A stretch of 44,464 bases of DNA from Candidatus Sumerlaeia bacterium (lineage in GTDB: Bacteria; Sumerlaeota; Sumerlaeia; SLMS01): NCBI GenBank assembly GCA_020831705.1, contig JAFIGB010000279.1, positions 1 to 44,464 on the forward strand. The letters are read 5' to 3'. This document shows positions 26,182-35,482 of this stretch, piece by piece; the stretch's first letter is position 1, and every line of letters begins with the position of its first letter. The notes under the pieces were generated by a model. That model had not been told where the DNA came from. It did not search any database and saw only the letters and a list, made by a program, of their open reading frames with translations. Position numbers and translations under genes: made by a program.

Positions 26182-27551
26182 GAATCGTCATCGTTGGAGC
26201 AGGCACGGTCGGAACAAGCATCGCCCGCTACCTGACGCGGGAGGGGCACGAGGTCGTCATGATGGACAAGTCGGCCACCGCACTGGCACGACTCGAGGAT
26301 CTTGATGTCCAGACCTTCCCCGCCAATGCCTGCGACCCGGACAATCTTCTCGAGGCCGCGGTGGATCTGGCCCATGTTTTCCTCGCCGTCACCAATCACG
26401 ACGAGACGAACCTGATCGCCGCCTTCGCCGCCCGCAAGATGGGATGCCAGCGTGTGGTGGCACGGGTGCGCTCCCCTTTTTACTACAAGGAAATGCACGT
26501 GCCCTTCCGCAGCGGGCTCAACATCTCGATGTTCATTTCCCCCGAGGTGGAAACGGCGGAGGAGTTCCTCAACTTCATTCGCACACCGGACGCCCTGGCG
26601 ACGGTGACCCTTGCCCAGGGACGGGTCCAGTTGCGGACGATCAAGATGTCCCCTGAAAGCGAATTCGCCGGGCGGGCGCTCAAGGATCTTCGATTGCCGG
26701 AGGGGGTCCTTGTCGCTGCAACACGCCACGAAGGAATCGCCCACATCGCCCGTGGGAACACGGTCCTCCATGGCGAAGACCGCGTGACACTCATGGGACT
26801 TCCCGCCATCCTGGATGATGTCTCCCGCCGCTTCCACATGATGAAACCGGATGACGAATCCAAATGGGTTGTCATCGCCGGAGCAGGGGAAACCGGGCTC
26901 GTTCTTGCAAAGGGGCTGGAGCATCAGGGCAAGCAGGTCACACTCATCGAACGGGACCGTGCCCGGGCCGATGTGGTGAGCCGGGAGGTTGGCAAAAGCA
27001 CCCGAATCCTCCACGGGGATGCGACCGAGGCAAATTTCCTCAAGCAGGAACACATCGGCAAGGCGGCCTACTTCATCTCCGCCATGGGTGATGACGAAAA
27101 CAACATCATGTCGACGATGCTGGCCAAGGAATTGGGAGTACGCAAGACGGCATGCGTCATCGACCGGCCCGACTATATCAGGATCGTGGAGAAGATTGGT
27201 ATCGACGTGGCCATCTCGCCCCGGTTCGTTGCCGCAAATCGCATCCTTGCCATGGTCAAGCGCGGACGCATCCGCAGCGTGACGCTTATTGAGGATGGCG
27301 AACTGGAAATCAATGAATACGAGGCCCTGAGCACTTCACCGGTAACCGGCCAGCCCCTCAAGGATGTCCCCACACCCGACCACTGTCTCTTCGGGGCAAT
27401 TGCAAGGACCGGACGTGTACACATCCCCCGTGGGGACTTCATCATTCATCCGGGTGACACGGTCATCACCGTGGCCAAGCCCGAGGCAACCGACAAGCTG
27501 GATGTCCTCTTTGCCGGGGCACCGAAATCCACAACCGTGAAGAAGCAATGA
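26178..27551 (+). CDS. trkA: Trk potassium uptake system NAD-binding protein
   Basis: Two tandem RCK halves, each opening with a Rossmann motif (RIVIVGAGTVGTSIARYL and WVVIAGAGETGLVLAKGL). The TTG start overlaps the preceding TGA. Confidence 0.9.
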   Translation: MRIVIVGAGTVGTSIARYLTREGHEVVMMDKSATALARLEDLDVQTFPANACDPDNLLEAAVDLAHVFLAVTNHDETNLIAAFAARKMGCQRVVARVRSPFYYKEMHVPFRSGLNISMFISPEVETAEEFLNFIRTPDALATVTLAQGRVQLRTIKMSPESEFAGRALKDLRLPEGVLVAATRHEGIAHIARGNTVLHGEDRVTLMGLPAILDDVSRRFHMMKPDDESKWVVIAGAGETGLVLAKGLEHQGKQVTLIERDRARADVVSREVGKSTRILHGDATEANFLKQEHIGKAAYFISAMGDDENNIMSTMLAKELGVRKTACVIDRPDYIRIVEKIGIDVAISPRFVAANRILAMVKRGRIRSVTLIEDGELEINEYEALSTSPVTGQPLKDVPTPDHCLFGAIARTGRVHIPRGDFIIHPGDTVITVAKPEATDKLDVLFAGAPKSTTVKKQ

Positions 27552-29014
27552 ACCTGCGGATTGTCTGTCGGCTCGTCGGGAAACTTTTGATGGTGTTCGC
27601 ACCAACAATGCTCCTGATGATACCCTTCATCATCTGGTGGAGAGAGTGGAGCATTCTCCTTGCCGTCGCGCAATCCATGGCGATCTGTCTGCTTTTCGGT
27701 TTTACGCTTTACATGATTGGCCGGAAAACCACCCAGGAGCTTTTCCGCAAGGAGGCGCTTGCCACGGTGGGATTCAGCTGGATCAGTCTTTCCATCATTT
27801 CCGCCCTGCCGATCTATTTTGGCGGGATGGCCTCCACGTTTACCGATGCATTTTTCGAATCCACATCGGGCATCACCACGACCGGCGCCACGATTCTCGG
27901 AAGCATTGAAACCCAGCCACGAAGCCTCATCTTCTGGCGGGCATTCCTCCACTTCGTTGGGGGCCTCGGCATTGTTGTGTTCTTCATTGCGATCCTTCCC
28001 CTCCTCGGTGCCGGTGGCAAATCACTGTTCAAGCAGGAGGCAGCAGGGCCGATTCCCGAGGGCTTCACCCCGCGAATCAAGGACACGGCGATCAATCTTT
28101 GCAAATTGTATATCGGCCTTAATGTGGTCTGCTTCCTTGTATTGCTTGCGCTGGGTCTTTCCTACTTCGACGCCCTTTGTCATGCGATGTCGCTCCTCGC
28201 AACAGGGGGATATTCCAACCGCGATGCAAGCGCCGGGCACTTTGGCTGGCTGATCCAGTGGGTGTTCATCCTGTTCATGTTCATCGGGGCGACGAACTTC
28301 CGCCTCCATCTGAGGTTCATCAAGGGGGACTTCCTCTGCTACTTCAAGAGCGAGGAATTCAGGCTCTATTGCGCCATTATTCTTGGGGGTGCTTTGATTC
28401 TGACCCTCGCGCTATTTTTCCATCGCAGTGTGTTTGTCTCCAATCCGGGAGGCTTGAATTTACGGGACGGATTGTTCAGTACGATCACCATCGTCACTAC
28501 CACGGGGTTTGGCACCGTTGATTATGACATGTGGCCCCAGGTATGCCGCATGACCATTCTGATCCTGATGTTTACGGGGGGCATGGCGGGATCGACCTCG
28601 GGGGGAATGAAGGTCGTGCGTTTACTTTTGCTTTGGAAAATTGCCCGTTTCCATCTCAGCCGCGAGGCATCACCCAATCGCGTGAGAACACTCAAAATAG
28701 ACGGACGCAATATCGACAAAAATACCATTCACGACACGCTGGTTTACTTTTTTGTCCATACGGCCATATTGGTGGCGGCCTGTCTGGTGGTTGCATTAAT
28801 CATGGAATCCCAGCCATTGCTGACGACGATCTCCGCGGTTGTCTCCTGCGTGAACAACATCGGCCCGGGCCTTGAATTGGTTGGCCCGATGGCTGACTTC
28901 AGCGCCCAGGCAACACCGGTGAAGTGGATTCTGTCCTGCCTGATGCTCCTCGGTCGCCTGGAACACTTCGTCCTGCTGGTTCTCTTCTCGCCAAGCTTCT
29001 GGACGTATAGATAA
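27548..29014 (+). CDS. trkH: Trk system potassium uptake membrane protein
   Basis: 488-aa polytopic protein with TrkH-type selectivity-loop repeats (TTTGATILG, ATGGYSNRD, TTTGFGTVD, GGMAGSTSGGMKV). ATGA overlap with trkA. Confidence 0.9.
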   Translation: MNLRIVCRLVGKLLMVFAPTMLLMIPFIIWWREWSILLAVAQSMAICLLFGFTLYMIGRKTTQELFRKEALATVGFSWISLSIISALPIYFGGMASTFTDAFFESTSGITTTGATILGSIETQPRSLIFWRAFLHFVGGLGIVVFFIAILPLLGAGGKSLFKQEAAGPIPEGFTPRIKDTAINLCKLYIGLNVVCFLVLLALGLSYFDALCHAMSLLATGGYSNRDASAGHFGWLIQWVFILFMFIGATNFRLHLRFIKGDFLCYFKSEEFRLYCAIILGGALILTLALFFHRSVFVSNPGGLNLRDGLFSTITIVTTTGFGTVDYDMWPQVCRMTILILMFTGGMAGSTSGGMKVVRLLLLWKIARFHLSREASPNRVRTLKIDGRNIDKNTIHDTLVYFFVHTAILVAACLVVALIMESQPLLTTISAVVSCVNNIGPGLELVGPMADFSAQATPVKWILSCLMLLGRLEHFVLLVLFSPSFWTYR

Positions 29015-29025
29015 GCAAGAAAACA

Positions 29026-30189
29026 TCATGGGCCACTTAGAACAAAGCGCCTTGATCCGACGTTAAGAACAATTCCAAAGAGTATATACGTTGTCACGAG
29101 GAAGGTCCCCCCGTAACTCATCAGCGGCAGGGGAAGGCCCGTGCAGGGAAGCATCCCCAATGTCATGGCCACGTTGAAGATGACATGACATCCAAGGATG
29201 GCGATGGCACCGGCGGTGACGCATCCTCCGAAGCGGTCGCGGGCGTTGTCCATGATGAGGATCATTCGCCAAATGAGGAATCCAAACCCGAGAAGCAGGA
29301 GGATCCCACCCACCAGGCCCCATTGCTCCACGGCACCGGGGAAGAAGAAGTCGGTGTGGCGCTCGGGAAGAAACTGGTGGATGGACTGGGACCCCTGGCC
29401 CCATCCCTGGCCGAACAAGCCCCCATTCCCAACGGTGATCTTGGATTGTATGACATTATATCCAGTCCCGAGGGGATCGCGCTCGGGATTGATGAAGTTG
29501 AGCAGGCGCTCGCGCTGGTAAGGCTTGAGGAGGGGAAGCGCCGACGCCATCCCAATTCCCGCACCACCGCAAACAATGAGTAGATGGCGCCACTTGGCAC
29601 CGGCCATGAGCATCATTGTAAGAAAAAGAAAGAAGAAGATGGAGGCGGTGCCAAGATCGGGTTGCGCAAGGATCAGCAGGGCGGGCACACCGGCAATCAC
29701 CCCAGGGACCAGAACGCCTGAAAGGCGATTGAGCTTCTCGGGGTATAGCGCCAGCCATTGGGCGCAAAGAAGCACCGTTGCAATTTTCATCGTTTCCGCA
29801 GGCTGCCAGTTCACCGGACCCAGCATCACCCAGCGCTTCGCACCGTTGATGGTGTGCCCCGCAAAGAGAAGCCAGACAAGGGCACCCAGATTGAACAGAT
29901 AGACAATCATGGCGAGACGATTAAGCCACTGGTAGGGAACAAGACAGGCCGTCATCATGGCACCAAGTGCCACGACCAGAAAGACCGCCTGCTTCTCGGC
30001 GGCCGATCTCAGGGAGGGAATCCCATGCACGGCCCCCTTGAGGAGCAAAATTCCGACAATGGTCATCACAATGAGCCCGATGACCAATGTATAGTCAACG
30101 TGCCGAAGCACCGCAAAGGGGTTGGCGCGCCCCCGGGAAAGGACGGCGCTGCGCTCGTGGCTGACGGGGACCGTGGTCAGGCTCACCAT
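29026..30189 (-). CDS. rodA: Rod shape-determining peptidoglycan polymerase RodA (FtsW/RodA/SpoVE family)
   Basis: Motifs LILAQPDLGTA, QFLPERHTDFFF and LPLMSYGGTFLV. The track ORF extends to 30366, but that extra N-terminus is Gly/Pro-rich junk. ATG 30189 (MVSLTT...) overlaps the mreD stop. Confidence 0.88.
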   Translation of the reverse strand: MVSLTTVPVSHERSAVLSRGRANPFAVLRHVDYTLVIGLIVMTIVGILLLKGAVHGIPSLRSAAEKQAVFLVVALGAMMTACLVPYQWLNRLAMIVYLFNLGALVWLLFAGHTINGAKRWVMLGPVNWQPAETMKIATVLLCAQWLALYPEKLNRLSGVLVPGVIAGVPALLILAQPDLGTASIFFFLFLTMMLMAGAKWRHLLIVCGGAGIGMASALPLLKPYQRERLLNFINPERDPLGTGYNVIQSKITVGNGGLFGQGWGQGSQSIHQFLPERHTDFFFPGAVEQWGLVGGILLLLGFGFLIWRMILIMDNARDRFGGCVTAGAIAILGCHVIFNVAMTLGMLPCTGLPLPLMSYGGTFLVTTYILFGIVLNVGSRRFVLSGP

Positions 30190-30728
30190 CCACCTCGCTG
30201 ACCAAGGGTCACCTTCGGTGCCTGGTGGTGGGAACGACCTGCAAGGAACATCATGCCACCCCACGCCGTCACCAACGTCCAGACCATCAGGACCACCACG
30301 ATGGCACCCAATGTCGCGAGCAGTACATCCGCTCCCCCGCCAAGGAAGAGGCGAACCGCCACCCAACCAACAAGAAGGTTCGCCCCCGTCAGGACATGGG
30401 CAACGGGATCAACGGGACCAAGGGATCGGCGGGAGAAAATCTCGCCAACCAGCAGGGCGCCAATCAAGGCACCAAGATAGACACCGGGAGCAATTCCCTC
30501 CAGGAACGGCAACCCCGCAGCAACGGGAAGCAGATAAGCAACACGATGGGAAAGAGGACGCGCCGCATTGACCAGCAGCAGGATGACAAGCGGCCATTCG
30601 ACAAGGGCCGCCGCACCAACAAATCCCCGCAACACAACAACAGTCAGAAAGAAGAGAATACCGGCAATCAACGCCGCCGCCAGGGGGAAGTGCTCCTCAA
30701 ATTTCCTCCAGAAGCCTGCCGGATTCAT
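30183..30728 (-). CDS. mreD: Rod shape-determining protein MreD-like membrane protein
   Basis: 181 aa with about five hydrophobic helices. It sits between mreC and rodA and overlaps both. There is no strong motif, so the call is positional and architectural. Confidence 0.6.
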   Translation of the reverse strand: MNPAGFWRKFEEHFPLAAALIAGILFFLTVVVLRGFVGAAALVEWPLVILLLVNAARPLSHRVAYLLPVAAGLPFLEGIAPGVYLGALIGALLVGEIFSRRSLGPVDPVAHVLTGANLLVGWVAVRLFLGGGADVLLATLGAIVVVLMVWTLVTAWGGMMFLAGRSHHQAPKVTLGQRGGW

Positions 30729-31576
30729 CGTGAAGCCTCCACGGACAACTGACGGAGGGGCACGACGAAGAGCGTGCGCAGTCGCTCGGGAGCAGAAGGC
30801 AACCGGACCCGCGCCACCGGTTCCCCGTTCTTGTTCCAGGAGACCTCCTCCACGGTGCCGAACTGCATCCCAGCCGGCGCCAGGGATCCAGCCATTCCGG
30901 AGGAAACCACGATGTCTCCCGGGCTGGTCTCCACGGCGGTGCGCTCGAATTGAAATTCAACAATGTAGGGATCCCCGGTACCACGAAGAAGACCCATGTC
31001 GGAGGTGGAAACAATTTGGGCGCCCCAGGCGGACAGGGGATCGGTGATGAGGATCACCCGGGCGGAGCGTTCGTAAACTTCGCTGACAAGACCGACAATT
31101 CCCTGGGGACCAAGGGCAACCATGCCCTCGGAGACCCCGTCGAGAGTTCCGGAGGAAATCCAGACCTGCTGGCGACCGGTTCTTGAAGGCCCGGCCAGAA
31201 CCGGGGCGTGAATGAGTTCAAAACTTCCCGGCGGGATGTTGGTGGAAACATCCTGGGCAATCGTGGCGAGGGCGTGCTGGGCAAGCTCCCGGGCCGCATC
31301 GAATTGCTGTTCGAGGAGGGCCGCCTTGAGGGCTTCGTTCTCCTCACGGAGGGAGCGGGCGCCGCCAACGGCATCACTGACGACATCAACCTGACCCCTC
31401 GCCCATGCACCAGCACGGAGGAAAGGGGAGGTAATGGAGGCCCAACCATGATTGACGGGATTGTCGGTGCCGGGATGGCGCTGCTCAAGAACCTGAAGGG
31501 ACAAGGCCAAAATCGCCACCACAACGAGGGGCAGCGCGAGCTTTTTCCAGCGGTTCTTTCTACGTACGAGGCCCAT
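30725..31576 (-). CDS. mreC: Rod shape-determining protein MreC
   Basis: N-terminal anchor KKLALPLVVVAILALSL, then coiled-coil LREENEALKAALLEQQ, then beta-barrel blocks GMVALGPQGIVGLVSEVYERSARVILITD and GDIVVSSGMAGSLAPAGMQFGTVEEV. I place the start at the internal ATG 31576. The track ORF to 31819 adds an implausible extension. Confidence 0.85.
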   Translation of the reverse strand: MGLVRRKNRWKKLALPLVVVAILALSLQVLEQRHPGTDNPVNHGWASITSPFLRAGAWARGQVDVVSDAVGGARSLREENEALKAALLEQQFDAARELAQHALATIAQDVSTNIPPGSFELIHAPVLAGPSRTGRQQVWISSGTLDGVSEGMVALGPQGIVGLVSEVYERSARVILITDPLSAWGAQIVSTSDMGLLRGTGDPYIVEFQFERTAVETSPGDIVVSSGMAGSLAPAGMQFGTVEEVSWNKNGEPVARVRLPSAPERLRTLFVVPLRQLSVEASR

Positions 31577-31836
31577 AACGGGGGAGCGGTCCTTCCAGCG
31601 GGAACATCCTGCGGCCTGCACCGACCCCGAGGTAACAAAGGGGAGCTGTACAAGGTCAAGTTTCAAGTCGCGCCCAACAGGAGGTTTCAAACAGGAATGA
31701 CTCCATCGCAAACCCACGGTGATTTTCCGGGGGTGAGATCCACCCTTGCCTCCCTGCGGCCCAAACCCCTTAATTGACCGCCCGCCAACTGGCAGAAGCG
31801 GCGGCCAATCCCATTGCACCCAGGCATGAACACGAA

Positions 31837-32679
31837 ATGACTTCCCGTCCTGACATCAAAGACAATCGCATCGACAAGCTTTTCGCCCGCTGTCGCGAGG
31901 AAAACCGGGCCGCACTGATCCTGTTTATCACCTCCGGATTTCCCGATCTGGAAACGACGCGGGAGCTCCTTCCCGTTCTGGAGGAAAACGGCTGCGACCT
32001 TGTCGAGCTTGGCGTGCCGTTCAGTGATCCCATTGCCGACGGGCCGGTTATCCAGAAGGCCTCGACGGTGGCCCTGGAGGCGGGTGCCACATTTCCCAAG
32101 ACACTGGATCTCCTGCGCGAGTTCCGCAAAAACTCCCAAATGCCGGTGATTCTGTTCGGCGCCCTGAATCCTTATCTCGTTCGTGGTCTGGAGGAATCGG
32201 CACGGATGGCCGTTGAGGCGGGGGCCGATGGAATTCTCGCCGCCGATCTTCCCTTCGAGGAGTCGGGCGAATTCCGAGATCTTCTCGCGGCAAGGAATCT
32301 TCACCTCATCACGCTCATTGCCCCCACGACTCCCTCCCCGCGTATCCGGCGCATCAGCGATTCCAGCACCGGCTTCATGTACTGCATTTCCTACAAGGGT
32401 GTGACGGGCAAAGGGGGCGCCGAGGGACAATTGGAAACGGTCGCCCGGGAATATATCGGGAAAATTAAGGCGGAATCGGATCTCCCCCTCGCCCTTGGCT
32501 TCGGCATCCGAACACCTGAAAACGTGCGCCAGGCGGTCGATGGCGGCTCGGATGGCGTGGTTGTCGGGACGGCCTTGATCCAGTGCATCGAGAAGGCGAA
32601 GGCCGAAGGCAGGGACGTGAAGAAGGTTGTTGGGGAGTATGTGAAGGGTCTTGCCTCGGAGCTTTCCAGGAAGGCGTAA
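31837..32679 (+). CDS. trpA: Tryptophan synthase alpha chain (no adjacent trpB)
   Basis: Hallmark ELGVPFSDPIADGPVIQKAS, then YCISYKGVTG and GFGIRTPE. I place the start at ATG 31837 (MTSRPDIKDNRIDKLF). The track ORF begins at an upstream TTG, 31774. Confidence 0.92.
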   Translation: MTSRPDIKDNRIDKLFARCREENRAALILFITSGFPDLETTRELLPVLEENGCDLVELGVPFSDPIADGPVIQKASTVALEAGATFPKTLDLLREFRKNSQMPVILFGALNPYLVRGLEESARMAVEAGADGILAADLPFEESGEFRDLLAARNLHLITLIAPTTPSPRIRRISDSSTGFMYCISYKGVTGKGGAEGQLETVAREYIGKIKAESDLPLALGFGIRTPENVRQAVDGGSDGVVVGTALIQCIEKAKAEGRDVKKVVGEYVKGLASELSRKA

Positions 32680-32685
32680 GCAACG

Positions 32686-33396
32686 ATGACCGAGAAGAAA
32701 CGGGAAAAACTTCCCGAGGAATATTTTTCCGCACCTGCCGCCGCGATTACCACCGGTGTGGTGTTTGCAATTCTCAAGACCTTTTACGGCTTCAAGGTGA
32801 CGGGGATGGATCGGTGCCCGACCGAGGGTCCGGTTATCATCGCCCCGAACCATACCTGTTTTCTCGATCCGCCCGTCGTGACATGCTCGATGCGTCGGCC
32901 CGTCCACTACATCGCCGGTGCCTGGTTATTCAAGGCGCCGCTGTTTGGTGGCCTGATTCGGCGGCTTGGCGCCGTGCCGGTGGATTTGGGAAAAAGCTCC
33001 GACAAAGCCGCCTACGAGGCGTCGCTGCGACTGCTCCAGCGGGGAAGGCTGGTTTGCCTGTATCCGGAGGGAACACGCACATACGATGGAAAACTCGCCC
33101 CGCTGAAGCCAGGAGTTGGGCGGCTGGCCGTGGCAACGGGAGCGCCGATTGTCCCCCTCACCATCCACGGTGGATATGCAGCATGGCCGAGGTCGCGCAA
33201 GTTTCCGAAAATCTTCAAGAAGATAACCTCCGAAGTACATGAACCCATCTGGCCCGGAGAAGTCTCAACAGGCCCGGAAAAACGCCAGGAAGCGGCCCGC
33301 ATGATGGCGGAACTGGAGCGGGTGCTCAGGAAAGGTCTCGGAGAACTTCCTGGGGAAGAAGCCGCCCCCTCCAACCCGGAACAGTCCTCAGATTAA
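32686..33396 (+). CDS. plsC: 1-acyl-sn-glycerol-3-phosphate acyltransferase
   Basis: HX4D motif APNHTCFLDP, LYPEGTRT block and IVPLTIHG block. Confidence 0.88.
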   Translation: MTEKKREKLPEEYFSAPAAAITTGVVFAILKTFYGFKVTGMDRCPTEGPVIIAPNHTCFLDPPVVTCSMRRPVHYIAGAWLFKAPLFGGLIRRLGAVPVDLGKSSDKAAYEASLRLLQRGRLVCLYPEGTRTYDGKLAPLKPGVGRLAVATGAPIVPLTIHGGYAAWPRSRKFPKIFKKITSEVHEPIWPGEVSTGPEKRQEAARMMAELERVLRKGLGELPGEEAAPSNPEQSSD

Positions 33397-33796
33397 TGTA
33401 ATCGGGCATGACCTCCACCGTGGGGGGATGGTTGTTCGGCCTGACGAGAAACGCCGCGCACCTGATGGAAACCATGCGCTGGGAAGTTTCCCGAAGGTAC
33501 TGCCCCACCGACCCTGCGAAACGGCGAAGGCGTTCCTCATTCAGAACATCCTCCCAGAAAACCTCGGGATCTGTTCGCAACTTCACTTCACAAAAGAGGA
33601 GATAATGGCGGTTTGCGGCGATCAGATCGATGTCGGACTTGTCCGGGCCAACCCAACGATGGGCGACCGTCCGGTGTCCACGCCTCCAAAGATGGTGAGC
33701 GACAACCTGCTCGGCCCAGCTCCCCGCCTGATGAACATCGGCACCCGGTGGGAGGCGTGAAGGGGGCTTCAAACTGAAAAGAAGAGAGGGGGACAA
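33326..33796 (-). CDS. yraN: YraN/UPF0102 family endonuclease-like protein
   Basis: AEQVVAHHLWRRGHRTVAHRW...SDIDLIAANRHYLLFCEVKLR matches the YraN core (ExDlIa...vFvEVK.R). The 3' 71 nt overlap the convergent plsC. Confidence 0.75.
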   Translation of the reverse strand: MSPSLLFSLKPPSRLPPGADVHQAGSWAEQVVAHHLWRRGHRTVAHRWVGPDKSDIDLIAANRHYLLFCEVKLRTDPEVFWEDVLNEERLRRFAGSVGQYLRETSQRMVSIRCAAFLVRPNNHPPTVEVMPDYINLRTVPGWRGRLLPQEVLRDLS

Positions 33797-33962
33797 ACGG
33801 CCGGGTCTCCTGTCTAGTCAGGATTCGTGGTGAATTTGGGAGGCGGAATTGCTTATTCCCGTTGATTTCGTATCTCCCGGTTGGAAAGCCTCCCCACCAC
33901 CTGTTGTTCCATTCTCCCCCGGAGATGGCAACACGGAATTCCAAGTCGATGTGACACTCAAC

Positions 33963-35333
33963 ATGCCTTTTACTGCTTCCCGCTCCCTGCTGCTGCTGCT
34001 CGCCTTATTCCTCTTCTCGTCCACCGGGTTTGCCCAACAGAACAACAACCGGCCTGCCCAAAGCATTGGCGAGATCACCCCGGTCTTTCAGTACAACAAG
34101 ACCACAATTGCGGTAACGCCCTTCCTTGTCCAGGGGGCATCTGTTGAGATCGAGACGCTTCCGCGGATCATCCGCGCCAACCTTGAGCTCAGCGGTTTGT
34201 TCCGGATGCCCGAGGACCAGCGGGCCGCCAATCGACAGAATATCGCCGACAACGCAAACAGCAGCATCGCCTGGGACCGTTGGTCCGAAATGGGTGTCGA
34301 GCACTACATGATGGGACGGGTTGTGGAACCGACACCCGGCAATCTTGAGGTGACCATCCTGCTTTATGACGTAAAGAGCCGTCAACGTGTCATGAGCCGC
34401 AAGTTCACCGCGCCCCGCACCCGCACCCGCCATCTCGCCCACCAGGTTTCCGACGAGACAATGTTGCAGATCCACGGCATCGGCCCCATCTTCCAGTCAA
34501 AGATCCTGTATGCATCCGAACTCGTTCCCGGCACCCGCGAGATTGCCGTCATGGATGCCGATGGATACGACAACCGCCAGATCACCAAGTTCGGTAAGCT
34601 CGCCATTTCGCCATCATGGGGGGCCAATGGCACGGAGTTTTACTTCACCTCCTACCACGGCAACCGGGCGAACATCTACGGGATGCAATTGATTCCCGAC
34701 TTCTCCACCATGCGCTATACAACGGGTCAGTTCTGGCCAATCGCCGCCTACGGGGGCACCAACCATTCCCCGAAATGGAACCCCAACGCCAGGCGCATTG
34801 CCATGATCCTCAGCAAGGATGGCAACTCCGAGGTCTATACAACCGACAGGACGGGTCAGAACCTGACACGCCTGACACGGACACGTGCCACCGAGGGAAG
34901 CCCCGAGTGGTCCCCCGATGGTCGCCGCATTGCCTTTACCTCCAACGAGGAGGGGGGCGTCCATATTTACGTGATGAATGCCGACGGTTCCAACAAACGC
35001 CGCCTCACCCGCCATGGTTCGTGGAGTGACGCCGTGTCATGGTCTCCCGATGGCACGCGCCTGGCCTTTGTACTCCGCGAGGGCGGCCGCAACGACATCT
35101 ATATCTGCGACGTGAATGCAAGCCGTGAAAGCTACCGGCGCCTGACCATGAACCAGGGGGACAACGAAAGCCCCACATGGGCACCAAACGGAAGGCACCT
35201 CGCCTTCAGCTCCAACCGCTCCGGCCAATGGCATATATACATGATGCTCGACGACGGATCAAACCAGCGCCAGTTAACCCGCACAGGCCGAAACATGACA
35301 CCTGCATGGGGCCCGATTCCGGAAATCAGGTAA
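33963..35333 (+). CDS. tolB: TolB-like periplasmic beta-propeller protein (no other tol-pal genes adjacent)
   Basis: Signal peptide MPFTASRSLLLLLALFLFSSTGFAQQ from ATG 33963. TolB N-domain pattern (IAVTPF...NLELSGLF...GRVV...HLAHQVSDE). Repeated PD40 blades follow (SPSWGANGTEFYFTSY, SPKWNPNARRIAM, SPEWSPDGRRIAFTS, WSPDGTRLAF, PTWAPNGRHLAFSS). Confidence 0.8.
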   Translation: MPFTASRSLLLLLALFLFSSTGFAQQNNNRPAQSIGEITPVFQYNKTTIAVTPFLVQGASVEIETLPRIIRANLELSGLFRMPEDQRAANRQNIADNANSSIAWDRWSEMGVEHYMMGRVVEPTPGNLEVTILLYDVKSRQRVMSRKFTAPRTRTRHLAHQVSDETMLQIHGIGPIFQSKILYASELVPGTREIAVMDADGYDNRQITKFGKLAISPSWGANGTEFYFTSYHGNRANIYGMQLIPDFSTMRYTTGQFWPIAAYGGTNHSPKWNPNARRIAMILSKDGNSEVYTTDRTGQNLTRLTRTRATEGSPEWSPDGRRIAFTSNEEGGVHIYVMNADGSNKRRLTRHGSWSDAVSWSPDGTRLAFVLREGGRNDIYICDVNASRESYRRLTMNQGDNESPTWAPNGRHLAFSSNRSGQWHIYMMLDDGSNQRQLTRTGRNMTPAWGPIPEIR

Positions 35334-35347
35334 CATCAAGCCCAACA

Positions 35348-35379
35348 GAAATCGACGCAGGACACCCTGCGTCGATTTC
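35348..35379. terminator. Perfect 14-bp hairpin in the convergent tolB/kinase spacer (terminator-like, no U-tract)
   Basis: GAAATCGACGCAGG - ACAC - CCTGCGTCGATTTC, starting 15 nt after the tolB stop. No T-run follows on either strand. Confidence 0.4.
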
Positions 35380-35441
35380 CCGTCATGGGCCTGTAAGCAA
35401 TCAGAAGAAATCCAAAATAAAAGATCAGAGGTCGAATCCCC

Positions 35442-35482
35442 CCCTCACGTATAGACAATTCACCCTCACGTCTATACAATTC
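35442..35482. repeat. Tandem 20-mer direct repeat (18/20 identical, 21-bp period) carrying an inverted GTATAGAC / GTCTATAC pair
   Basis: CCCTCACGTATAGACAATTC (35442-35461) and CCCTCACGTCTATACAATTC (35463-35482). Non-coding, 44 nt beyond the kinase stop. Confidence 0.7.

Noticed and set aside
29026-30366. Long N-terminal extensions in track ORFs (rodA to 30366, mreC to 31819, tolB from 33849, thrC-like to 5248, kinase to 36488, trpA from 31774)
   Set aside because: The extensions are low-complexity, overlap neighbouring genes or promoters, and precede internal starts that restore normal family N-termini, signal peptides or SD spacing. They arise because the ORF finder takes the most upstream ATG/GTG/TTG.
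35449-35477. Direct repeats with an apparently inverted 6-bp core (TATAGA vs TCTATA) as a recombinase/invertase site
   Set aside because: The two cores differ by only two substitutions in a near-palindromic TATA context. The flanks are not inverted repeats, and no recombinase gene is present. It is kept only as a repeat or possible binding site.
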